Part shown: positions 1-8,371 of the stretch, in pieces
How the letters are laid out: every line of letters begins with the position of its first letter
Numbering within the stretch: position 1 is the stretch's first letter
NCBI GenBank assembly: GCA_041946735.1
Contig: JBHGAY010000027.1
Coordinates: 1 to 64,000, forward strand
Direction of reading: 5' to 3'
DNA from: Candidatus Eiseniibacteriota bacterium
GTDB lineage: Bacteria > Eisenbacteria > RBG-16-71-46 > CAIMUX01 > VGJL01
Length of the DNA stretch: 64,000 bases
Notes under the pieces: model-generated
Seen by the model: the letters and a program-made list of their open reading frames with translations, nothing else
Told to the model about the DNA's origin: nothing
Databases searched by the model: none
Translations under genes and position numbers: made by a program

Positions 1-545
1 GCCCGGTAGAGAATCGCCGCCTCCTGCAGCGCGCCGGCGACGGCCGGATCGCACGCGCCGGCCGCGAGGGCAAGGAGCGCTTCGGCCTGCTCGCGCATGC
101 GTGCCGTATCGTCCGGGCCGCTTCGCGCGAGGCGCGAGGCGATTTCGTCGAGCCCGTGCAGCATCGCTTCGCAGTCCGCGCCGCCGGCCTCGACCATCCC
201 TGCGGGCTGCGCATCGGCCCGCTTCTGCTTCCCGGCCTTCGCCGCCTTCGCCGCGGGCGTCGCCGCCCTCGTTTCCGCGGCCGCCGGACCCGCGCCGCCC
301 GCGCTCTTCGTCCGCTTCTCGATCGCGCAGCGCAGAGTGTCTCGCGCCTCCTCCGCCACCCTCTCCCGAGCCGGATCCTGCGCGCCATCCGCCAGTCCTC
401 GAGCGGCGCGCATGGCGTCGACGAGGCGCTGGAGCCACCGCTTGTCGGCCGGCTTCATCTCCTGGCGGACGATCGAAAGCGCTTCGAGGGAGAGGTCGAG
501 AAGCTGAGCGAGCAGCGTTGCCGGTTCGGGGCGTTCCTTCCTCAT
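1..545 (-). CDS. Partial gene running off the left edge; N-terminus of a probable chemotaxis protein (possibly CheA)
   Basis: ATG at 545 preceded by AGGAGG. Open to the window edge (MRKERPEPATLLAQLLDLSLEALSIV...), helical and Ala-rich. Lies downstream of cheY-cheX. Identity rests on context only. Confidence 0.5.
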   Translation of the reverse strand, partial: MRKERPEPATLLAQLLDLSLEALSIVRQEMKPADKRWLQRLVDAMRAARGLADGAQDPARERVAEEARDTLRCAIEKRTKSAGGAGPAAAETRAATPAAKAAKAGKQKRADAQPAGMVEAGGADCEAMLHGLDEIASRLARSGPDDTARMREQAEALLALAAGACDPAVAGALQEAAILYR

Positions 546-757
546 CGAACCCTCCTGGTCGGGAGCGGGCGCGACAGCACGAGGCTCGAGCGCATGAGGC
601 GGGCGACCCGCGGCGCGAAAGCTCCCCGGTGTAGGATCGGTCGGCCAGGAGAAGGACTTGAACGGAAGGGAAGGGGCGGAATGGACGGGCGGGACGGGAC
701 GGGTCGGAGCGGGGCGGCGCCGGAAACCTTCTGGGCGCCGCCCCGCCTCGATCTCAC
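542..757 (-). CDS. Putative 71-aa bridging mini-ORF between cheX and the next gene
   Basis: GTG 757-755 overlaps the cheX TGA (756-754). Its TGA 544-542 overlaps the next ATG (545-543). No homology recognised. Confidence 0.3.
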   Translation of the reverse strand: MRSRRGGAQKVSGAAPLRPVPSRPSIPPLPFRSSPSPGRPILHRGAFAPRVARLMRSSLVLSRPLPTRRVR

Positions 758-1251
758 TTCTTCGGTCTGGCCACCTGCAGCCCGAGCCACATCTCGCCTT
801 GAGGCAGGCGGAAGCGGTAGCGCGTCGAGCGGACGGCTCCAGGCGGGATCACGTTCATCTGGTTGCCGCGCGCGACGGTCGGCAGCGACATCTTCACCTT
901 CACACCGTTGCGATCGAGCTGCGCGACCAGGTCCCCGGCGAGCACGTTCGCCAACTCGCCGACGACGTCCCCCATGTCGGAGCTTTCGAACGGGATCTCG
1001 AAGCCGGCGAACTTGCACGCGAGCTGTTCCGCGGTCTGCTGCGGGAAGCCGAGCGTGACCGACCAGGACAGATCGCCCACGACCGCGATGATCCCAAGGA
1101 CGTTGGAGGCGCTCGCCGCCTCCGCCGACTCCCCGGCGAACACCGGCGACTCGCCGCAGATGGCTCCGAAGGTCGCCTCGACCGACTTCAGCAGCGCGTC
1201 TCGATGCGGGGAGGAGAGGCTCTCCTCCGGAATCACTTGCGTCTCGGCCAT
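754..1251 (-). CDS. cheX: Chemotaxis phosphatase CheX
   Basis: GIIAVVGD...VTLGFP, DVVGELANVLAG (E-x-x-N catalytic motif), MSLPTVARG. Adjacent to cheY. Confidence 0.85.
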   Translation of the reverse strand: MAETQVIPEESLSSPHRDALLKSVEATFGAICGESPVFAGESAEAASASNVLGIIAVVGDLSWSVTLGFPQQTAEQLACKFAGFEIPFESSDMGDVVGELANVLAGDLVAQLDRNGVKVKMSLPTVARGNQMNVIPPGAVRSTRYRFRLPQGEMWLGLQVARPKK

Positions 1252-1270
1252 CGTTCCCCCTCTTCCCGGC

Positions 1271-1708
1271 TCAGCCGCCGACCAGCTTGTTGAACAGCCC
1301 ACCGCCGGAACCCTTCTTTTGCTCCTCCAGCTCGTCGAAGACAGGCCCGAGCTTCTGGATCAGGTAGTCGACGGTGAACGGCTTTGAGATGAAGGCGTTC
1401 GCTCCCGCCTCGTCGAGCGCCTCCTCCATCTTGGCGATCGTCTTCTCGCTCGTGACCATGACGATCGGGATGTGGTCCGTCTTGTCCATCGCGCGGACTT
1501 CGCGGACGAAATCGACTCCGCTCATGTTGGGCATGTTCCAGTCGGCGAAGACGATGTCGATCTTCTTCGGATGGAACTTCCCGAGCGCGTCCTGTCCGTC
1601 TCCCGCCTCGGTGAAATCGAACTCGGCGAGGCCGGTCTTCTTCAACGACTCCATCACCATCGTCCGCATCACCTTCGAGTCGTCGATCACCATTGCCCGC
1701 AGCTTCAT
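1271..1708 (-). CDS. cheY: CheY-like single-domain response regulator with a C-terminal extension
   Basis: VIDDS..MR, FADWNMPNMSG, VMVTSE, FISKPF motifs. GGAGG RBS before ATG 1708. Confidence 0.85.
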   Translation of the reverse strand: MKLRAMVIDDSKVMRTMVMESLKKTGLAEFDFTEAGDGQDALGKFHPKKIDIVFADWNMPNMSGVDFVREVRAMDKTDHIPIVMVTSEKTIAKMEEALDEAGANAFISKPFTVDYLIQKLGPVFDELEEQKKGSGGGLFNKLVGG

Positions 1709-1908
1709 CGCTTCGCACCTCCCTGCGGCATCGCGGTCGGTTCCTGTCGGCGCCGGGCGCCGAATCGGTCGAGCGGCGGCCGGAGTCCCTCGAGCCCGCG
1801 CCGGCCGGCTTCCACGGATCCTTCGCTCGGCGCGTGCTCGATCTTGAGAGCAATTCGTCGCTCGAGCGGGGACGGATCGAAGGGGCGGCTCTCCTCGATG
1901 CGGGAAGC

Positions 1909-1936
1909 TAAAGCGATGCAACGGACAGGCCGATAG
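1909..1936 (+). promoter_or_regulatory. Sigma-28 (FliA/SigD)-type promoter for motAB
   Basis: TAAA (1909-1912)-N16-GCCGATAG (1929-1936), matching the TAAA-N15/16-GCCGATA(A/T) consensus, 85 nt upstream of motA. Confidence 0.7.
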
Positions 1937-2021
1937 GGACATGGGCGCCCGCCGGATTCCCCGGCGGCCGCGCGCCACCCCGCGAGTCGAAGGTTCGGGG
2001 ATCAAGGAACGGGAATCTCGC

Positions 2022-2936
2022 ATGGCTGCGATCATCGGCCTGCTCGTCGTCATCGGTTCCGTCCTCGGCGGTTTCACGATCGCCGGGGGGAAGATCCCTG
2101 CCCTCTTCCACATTTCCGAGTTCATCGTCGTCGGCGGGACGGCGTTCGGGACGATGTTCGTCTCCACTCCTCCCGCGGTCCTCAAGGTGCTCGGGAGCAA
2201 AGTGCTGTCACTCGCCGCCCCGTCCCCGTTCAACAAGAAGCTCTACCTCGAAGCGTTGAAGATGCTCTTCGAGCTGTTCCAGATCGCGCACCGCGACGGC
2301 CTGGTCGCGATCGAGAGTCACATCGAGAATCCCGGGAAGAGCGCGCTCTTCAAGAAGTACCCGATCGTGCTGCGCCACCCGCACGCGGTCACCTTCCTGT
2401 GCGACTCGCTGCGTCTCGTCCTGCTCGGGAGCGTTCCGCCCCACGATCTCGAGATGATGATGGACAACGAGATCGAGGTGCATCACGAGCAGGAACTGCG
2501 CCCGGCGGCCGCCCTCGCGAAGGTGAGCGACGCGCTCCCCGGCATCGGAATCGTCGCGGCGGTGCTCGGCATCGTCGTCACCATGAGCGCGATCAACGGG
2601 CCGATCGAGCAGATCGGAGAGCACGTCGCGGCCGCGCTGACCGGGACCTTCCTCGGCGTGCTGCTCGCCTACGGCTTCGTCGGACCGATCGCGACCGGCA
2701 TGGAGCATGCGAGCGCGGCGGAAGTGCGCTTCTACCATTTCATCAAGGCGAGCGTCGTCGCCGTGGCCAAGGGAGGGACGCCGATCGTCGCGGTCGAGTT
2801 CGCGCGCCGCTCGATCTTCAGCGGGGACCGACCGACGTTCCTCGAGATGGAAGCGGCCTGCAAGCGGCTGAAGGCGAAGCCGCAGAGCGGCGGAGCGACG
2901 GGCGCCGGGAGCGACGCGGCGCGGGCGGCGGCCTGA
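2022..2936 (+). CDS. motA: Flagellar stator protein MotA
   Basis: N-terminal TM hairpin, RDGLVAIESHIENP, DALPGIGIVAAVLGIVVTM, ALTGTFLGVLLAYGFVGP, AVEFARRSI. Confidence 0.95.
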   Translation: MAAIIGLLVVIGSVLGGFTIAGGKIPALFHISEFIVVGGTAFGTMFVSTPPAVLKVLGSKVLSLAAPSPFNKKLYLEALKMLFELFQIAHRDGLVAIESHIENPGKSALFKKYPIVLRHPHAVTFLCDSLRLVLLGSVPPHDLEMMMDNEIEVHHEQELRPAAALAKVSDALPGIGIVAAVLGIVVTMSAINGPIEQIGEHVAAALTGTFLGVLLAYGFVGPIATGMEHASAAEVRFYHFIKASVVAVAKGGTPIVAVEFARRSIFSGDRPTFLEMEAACKRLKAKPQSGGATGAGSDAARAAA

Positions 2937-3763
2937 TGAACAAGAGCCGGGAAGCCCCGATCCAGATCGTGGTGCGCAAGAAGCGCCACACCGGCGGGCA
3001 TCACGGCGGCGCGTGGAAGGTCGCGCTCGCCGACTTCATGACCGCCATGTTCTCGCTTTTCCTCGTCCTCTGGCTCGTCAACCAGTCGTCCGACGTGAAG
3101 GCGGCGATCGCCGGGTACTTCGCCGATCCGCTGGGGCGCAGCAACGAGTCGGGCAGCTCGATCGTCCCGGGAGAGGGGGCGCCGCTGAACCAGATGCGAA
3201 TGCGCAGCCAGTCGGACGTCCTGGACATGCAGCGCGACATGCTGCGGCAGAAGGGGCGCGAGCTGGAGAACCGCCTCGCCCAGGCTCCTGATCTCGAGTC
3301 GGTCCGCCCCTACGTGAAGATCGAGATGACGGAGGATGGTCTGAGGATCGAGCTGATGGAGAGCCCGGGAGGGATCTTCTTCGAGAGCGGGAACGCGGTC
3401 CCTTCGCCGCGGGGCGCCGAAGTGCTCGCTCTGCTCGGCTCAGAACTGGGGACCCTGCCGAACTCAGTCCGGATCGAAGGGCACACCGACGCCTACCCCT
3501 ACCGGGGCGACGGCAGCTACACGAACTGGGAGCTCTCGGCCGATCGCGCGAATACGGCCCGCCGGATCCTGACGGGCAACGGGATGCGGGAGGGGCAGGT
3601 GACGCAGGTCATCGGCCTCGCCGACCGCCAGCCGCGGGAAGGCGCCGATCCGTATGACGCGCTCAACCGCCGCATCACGATCACGATGCTGCTCGGAGGC
3701 GAGATCTCGCCACCCCAGAAGCCGGCCGATGTGCTGCGCCATTCGAGGACCAGCGCCGGATGA
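2936..3763 (+). CDS. motB: Flagellar stator protein MotB
   Basis: HHGGAWKVALADFMTAMFSLFLVLWL (essential Asp), OmpA-like EGHTD...NWELSADRAN...NRRI. TGATG overlap with motA. Confidence 0.95.
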   Translation: MNKSREAPIQIVVRKKRHTGGHHGGAWKVALADFMTAMFSLFLVLWLVNQSSDVKAAIAGYFADPLGRSNESGSSIVPGEGAPLNQMRMRSQSDVLDMQRDMLRQKGRELENRLAQAPDLESVRPYVKIEMTEDGLRIELMESPGGIFFESGNAVPSPRGAEVLALLGSELGTLPNSVRIEGHTDAYPYRGDGSYTNWELSADRANTARRILTGNGMREGQVTQVIGLADRQPREGADPYDALNRRITITMLLGGEISPPQKPADVLRHSRTSAG

Positions 3764-5004
3764 CCAGCCTGCCGGTCCTGCTGCTGATCGACGAGAGCGG
3801 CGGCTCGCTCGGGCGGTGCCGGCACCAGCTCGAGGAACGCGCGCGCATCCTGATGGCGGCAAGCTTCGAGGAGGGAATCCGGGCCGCCGCGCAGTTTCAT
3901 CCGCAGCTCATCGTCGCGGCGAGCGAAGGGGAAGAAGGGACGGAACAAGCGCTGCTCGGCTTCTGCCGGGACCTTCACGCCGACCCGCTCCTCCGCGACA
4001 TCCCGCTGGTCGTCGTCGCCCCGCCGATGGCGATCGAATTCAAGCAATGCGCGATGTCGCTGGGGGTCGACGACTTCCTCGCCCGGCCCGTGGCGCCACC
4101 CGACCTCTTGGCGAAGCTGCAGTTTGCCGTCCGGCTCGCGCGGCTTCAGGAGGAGCGTGACGCGGCGGTGGGCGAAGCGGGACTGCGGGGCCGCGAGTCG
4201 CTCCGCAGCGCCAAGCCGGTCCTCCAGCTCCTCGAGAAGATGCTGGAGATGCGGATTCCGGGCTCTTCGGCGCGCGCCCGCCGCGTCGCCGCCCTCGCCC
4301 GGCGGGTCGCATGGCGCTTCGAGGTCCCGGCCGAGTACCTGCCGGGGCTCGAGATCGGCGCACGGCTGCACGCTCTCGGCCACATCCTCGTTCCTCCCTC
4401 GGCGGCTGCGGCGAGCGGTCAGGACGACGAGGACGAAGACCAGGGCGGCCGCTTCGCTTCGGGCGGCTTCGAAAGCCGCCACAGCGGCGGATGGCAGCAC
4501 ATCCTGGCGTCCCGCTCCCTGCTGCGCGAGATCCCCGGCATGGAAGAGACGGCGGACATGATCGGGGCGATCTACGAGAACTGGGACGGCACGGGCGTTC
4601 CTTCACGGATGCTGCGCGGGCAGATCCCGCTGCGCTCGCGGATCCTTCGCGTGCTGATCGACCTCTTCGACCGCATGGACCGCCCGCCCTACCCTCGCTG
4701 CACGGACGCGCTCTCGCAGATCGTCGAGCAGTCGGGGACGCGCTACGACCCGATGGTGGTCGTGCACCTTCAGATGATTCTGCGCGATCCGGCTCATCGC
4801 CAGGAACGCCTCACGAAGGCGCGCGTGCACGTCACGCAGCTCGAGGAGGGAATGGTGCTCGCGGAGGATCTCGTCACGAACTCCGGCGTGAAGCTTCTCT
4901 CGCGCGGCGCCTGCCTCACTCAGGCCAGCATCAAGACGATCCTCGGGCGCCAGCGCTTCGACCCGATCGTGAGCGACGTGGTCGTCCATCGCCCCGCCGC
5001 CTGA
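3760..5004 (+). CDS. REC + HD-GYP-like protein, both domains degenerate
   Basis: REC fold (LLLIDE...DDFLARP). HD-GYP-like ARLHALGH, YENWDGTGVP, IPLRSRIL, SGTRYDP. C-terminal LEEGMVLAEDL module. ATGA overlap with motB. Confidence 0.8.
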   Translation: MTSLPVLLLIDESGGSLGRCRHQLEERARILMAASFEEGIRAAAQFHPQLIVAASEGEEGTEQALLGFCRDLHADPLLRDIPLVVVAPPMAIEFKQCAMSLGVDDFLARPVAPPDLLAKLQFAVRLARLQEERDAAVGEAGLRGRESLRSAKPVLQLLEKMLEMRIPGSSARARRVAALARRVAWRFEVPAEYLPGLEIGARLHALGHILVPPSAAAASGQDDEDEDQGGRFASGGFESRHSGGWQHILASRSLLREIPGMEETADMIGAIYENWDGTGVPSRMLRGQIPLRSRILRVLIDLFDRMDRPPYPRCTDALSQIVEQSGTRYDPMVVVHLQMILRDPAHRQERLTKARVHVTQLEEGMVLAEDLVTNSGVKLLSRGACLTQASIKTILGRQRFDPIVSDVVVHRPAA

Positions 5005-5163
5005 TCTTCCGCCCCGCTTGCGCTAAGGTTTCCGGCGCTTTCGACCGGCGGCGGGATGCGCCCGCGCCGCCGTGCCCCGTGCCACCATGCCCCATGCCGC
5101 GGTGCGTTCGTCCGTCCGTGCTTCCCGTTTCGTCATGAAGCGATTTCCATCCGCCTCGTCCTC

Positions 5164-5204
5164 AGAAAGAGATGGTGAATGCGAATTCATGGTCTTTTTT
5201 GTTT
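5164..5204 (+). terminator. Probable intrinsic terminator after the motAB operon
   Basis: AGAAAGAGAT-G-GTGAAT-GCGA-ATTCAT-G-GTCTTTTTTGTTT: GNRA-capped hairpin followed by a U-tract. Confidence 0.5.
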
Positions 5205-5235
5205 CATCCGTCCGTGACTGGGCTACGGTGGGGGC

Positions 5236-5360
5236 GTTGTGAATTCGGGAGCAAGCACGCATGGCAGCCCCCCTGTGCGAAACCGGAGGGGCGGACGGGC
5301 AGCAAGAGAAGAGCCTGCGTCCCTCCGGTACGCACGTTTCGGGGCCCCGGATTCACGGCA
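5236..5360 (+). ncRNA. Candidate structured RNA (long bulged hairpin), family not recognised
   Basis: GTGAATTCGGG (5239-49) pairs with CCCGGATTCAC (5346-56); GTGCG (5275-79) with CGCAC (5331-35); ACCGGAGGG (5282-90) with CCCTCCGGT (5321-29). G-U pairs favour the + strand. Confidence 0.3.
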
Positions 5361-5711
5361 GATTCGGTCCCGTTCCTTCGAAGCGCTGGTTGAGTGGCGG
5401 GAAGAAGCGAGTCGACCGGCGGTGTTTCGATCCAAGGGACGCCAGGGGCTCGAGCCGTTCGACAGACAACCCCGAAGAGGAGACGATGGCCAGGGGGTGT
5501 TCCGGTCAGACAGGCAGAGGAGGTGCTTGCATGAGCCGGCTCCCCGATGGCGCACGGTCCCTGGGAACGCGCCAGCCCGCCTGCGACCCTGTTCTCGATC
5601 GCTGATCGAACGCGGATAGCCCGCCCCTTTGTGAGCGGGTCTGCGCCTCCCGTGGCCTAGGTCACGATGGTGCGGACCCGCTCGAACTGTTTGCACAGTT
5701 CATCCAGTCCG

Positions 5712-6587
5712 CTACGGAAGCGAGACGAGTAGCAGGCCGGCGAACGCGAGGATCGCCGCCGCGATCTTCCTCCGCGTCGCTCTTTCTCCGAGTAGCAGGA
5801 TCGCGAAGAGCAGGATGAAGATCGTGGAGGACTGATTGAGGATCGCCGCCACGCTCGCCATCGTGTACTTCATCCCCGCGATCCAAAAGACGAGCGAGAG
5901 ATACGACCCGAGGACGGTCCCCGGGACGGTGTGCCGCCAGACGCGCGAGGGGCGGAACACCGACAGGATCCGGGCGCGGTCGCGCGACGCGAGCGCCGCC
6001 CCGAGCAGGAAAACGACCCCGGCCGCCTGTCTCACCAGCGCCACCCAGAAGACCGGCGAGCGATTCAAGACCGGCTTGACGATGACGATCCCGATCGCGA
6101 GGAGGACCAAGCCGGCGATACCGATCGCGATCCCCTCGATCAGCTGCGCGCGCGTCTGCCCCCGCGGCGGCGTCAGCGTCGCCGACAGGAGGATCGCCGC
6201 CATGATGAGGAGCATCCCGGCGATGTCGCGCACGCCCACCCGCTCCCCGAGCAGCAGAAACGCCAGCAGGACGGTGACCGGCGCGTAGAAGGTGTCGACG
6301 ATCGCCGTCACCCCGGCTCCGATCAGGTTCAGGCTCTTGTGGAACAGCGTGTCGGACAGAGCGATGCCGATGACGCCGCTGGCGATGAGGTAGGCGAAGT
6401 CCTGCGCCGGCGCATGCCGGAACGGATCGACGCCGGCGATGACGCAGGTGAGAAACAAGAGCGGCAGGCTGAACCCGACGCGGAAGAGGTTCAGCGCGAA
6501 CGGCGGCACGCTCTCCCCTGCCCGCTTGAGGAAGACGACGGCCAGGCCCCAGATGATCGCGCAGATCACTGCGTACAGCTCGCCCAA
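5712..6587 (-). CDS. EamA/DMT family inner-membrane transporter
   Basis: About 10 hydrophobic helices in two repeats (LLLGERV.../LLLGERAT...). TTG start after GGAGGAGG. Confidence 0.9.
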   Translation of the reverse strand: MGELYAVICAIIWGLAVVFLKRAGESVPPFALNLFRVGFSLPLLFLTCVIAGVDPFRHAPAQDFAYLIASGVIGIALSDTLFHKSLNLIGAGVTAIVDTFYAPVTVLLAFLLLGERVGVRDIAGMLLIMAAILLSATLTPPRGQTRAQLIEGIAIGIAGLVLLAIGIVIVKPVLNRSPVFWVALVRQAAGVVFLLGAALASRDRARILSVFRPSRVWRHTVPGTVLGSYLSLVFWIAGMKYTMASVAAILNQSSTIFILLFAILLLGERATRRKIAAAILAFAGLLLVSLP

Positions 6588-7027
6588 GCCCCGGCCTCCT
6601 CCCTCCCTGTCGATGCGACCGGCGCCGCCCGGCGCCGGGGCGCCCGCTCTGCGCTTGCGCCGCACAGGGGGATCGAGCCGGCGCGACGCGCCGCGTGCCA
6701 CTCTACGGGCGTGAAGCGGGCCCGGCAACGGTCCTAGGGTTCCTGCGGTATGCCTCAATGGCCCGGACCGCTTGCCGGAAGCCGCTTACGTCGCTCGGCT
6801 GCTACGGCCTGTTTGCCTTGGCCCGCTTGCGCCCCGGCTGCTCGCCGTGCGCGCGGCGGGCGCGCGGCGGGCGCGCGGCGGAGTAACAGTTGCGGAATGC
6901 GCCCGAAAAGCCGACCATGGATGCGGTGCTTCCAGGGGGGAGGCGCTGCATGCTTCCAGCGGGAGGCGCTGCACGGGGTGGCTGAGCCGATCGGTCCGCC
7001 GCGATCGATCCAGACCGGGAGGGGATC

Positions 7028-8260
7028 ATGAAAACCGGCCGCGAAGAAGCGCCGCAGAAGGTCGCAGAGATCGAATGGGAGCCTCGTCTCGCCAAGCGTG
7101 TCGCCGGGATGAAGAGCTCGGTGATCCGCGAGCTCTTGAAGCTCACCGAGCAGCCCGACATCATCTCGTTCGCCGGAGGTCTGCCCGCTCCCGAGTTCTT
7201 CCCGATCCGTGAGTTCGAGGAGGGAGCGATGCACGTGCTGCGCAGCGCGGGTCCGCGTGCGCTGCAGTACAGCACGACCGAAGGTTTTCCGCCGCTTCGC
7301 CAGTGGCTCGCCGAGGCGATGGCGAAGTACCACATCGAGGTCACTCCCGACAACATCCTGATGACGAACGGCTCGCAGCAGGCGCTCGACCTGATCGGCA
7401 AGCTGTTCGTCGAGCCGGGGAGCTGCGTCCTGACGAGCGCCCCGACCTACCTCGGCGCGCTCCAGGCGTGGAACTCCTACGAGGCGTGCTACGAGACGGT
7501 CGACCAGGATGACGACGGAATCCTGATCGACCGGCTCCGGGAGACGCTCAAGCGCGTCTCGAAGCCCCGGATGTTCTACGTCCTGCCGAACTTCCAGAAC
7601 CCTGGCGGCTCCACGATGCCCCTCGACCGGCGCGAGGAGCTGGTCCGGATCGCCCGCGAGTACGACCTGATCCTGATCGAGGACGATCCCTACGGGGAGC
7701 TGCGTTACGAAGGGGAGGACGTGACGCCGATCTACCGGCTCGCTCCCGAGCGGACGATCTACCTCAGCACCTTCTCCAAGACGCTCGCTCCCGGGATCCG
7801 GCTCGGATGGATCGTCGCGCCGCAGCCGATCATCCGCCGCTTCGTGCAGGCGAAGCAGGGGGCCGACCTCAACACGGGGATCCTGGTCCAGATGCTCGCC
7901 AACGACATCTGCCAGCGCGGGATCCTGAAGTCGCACGTCAAGAAGCTGCGCGGCGTCTACCGCGAGCGGCGCGACACAATGCTGGCGGCGCTCGAGGAAT
8001 ACTGGCCGTCGGGCTGCTCCTGGACGCGTCCGGCGGGCGGGCTGTTCCTCTGGGCAAAGGTGCCGGAGAAGATCGACACGAAGGATCTGCTCGTGCAGGC
8101 GGTCGAGAAGAAGGTCGCGTTCGTCCCCGGGATGGCGTTCTACCCGGGCGAGAGCGGCGGCCACAACGCGATGCGCCTGAACTTCTCCAACGCGACGGTC
8201 GAGCAGATCCGCGAGGGGATCCGCAGGCTGGGCGAAGCGATCCGCGTGTCGCTGCGCTGA
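7028..8260 (+). CDS. PLP-dependent aminotransferase class I/II (ARO8/LysN-like)
   Basis: ISFAGGLP, NGSQQALDL, PNFQNPGG, EDDPYGEL, STFSKTLAPGIRLGW, MRLNFS. Confidence 0.92.
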   Translation: MKTGREEAPQKVAEIEWEPRLAKRVAGMKSSVIRELLKLTEQPDIISFAGGLPAPEFFPIREFEEGAMHVLRSAGPRALQYSTTEGFPPLRQWLAEAMAKYHIEVTPDNILMTNGSQQALDLIGKLFVEPGSCVLTSAPTYLGALQAWNSYEACYETVDQDDDGILIDRLRETLKRVSKPRMFYVLPNFQNPGGSTMPLDRREELVRIAREYDLILIEDDPYGELRYEGEDVTPIYRLAPERTIYLSTFSKTLAPGIRLGWIVAPQPIIRRFVQAKQGADLNTGILVQMLANDICQRGILKSHVKKLRGVYRERRDTMLAALEEYWPSGCSWTRPAGGLFLWAKVPEKIDTKDLLVQAVEKKVAFVPGMAFYPGESGGHNAMRLNFSNATVEQIREGIRRLGEAIRVSLR

Positions 8261-8371
8261 CCTGGGCCGCCGCCACCCTTCCGTCTCGCTTTCCCGGCCG
8301 CCGGGCCTTCTTCGGAGGGTCCGGCGGCCTCGCGCATCTCAGCGGGGCAGTGTCTGAGCGGCGCCGTTACG

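Noticed and set aside
5230..5710. tmRNA, tRNA-Sec, SRP or c-di-GMP riboswitch
   Set aside because: The GGGGGCG start is suggestive, but there is no GGATTCGAC, T-arm/CCA end, SRP GGAA loop motif or GEMM core.
5603..5820. Selenocysteine readthrough of TGA 5603-05 with the downstream hairpin as SECIS
   Set aside because: No redox motif around the TGA, and the extension runs antisense into the EamA gene. Presence of selB alone is not evidence.
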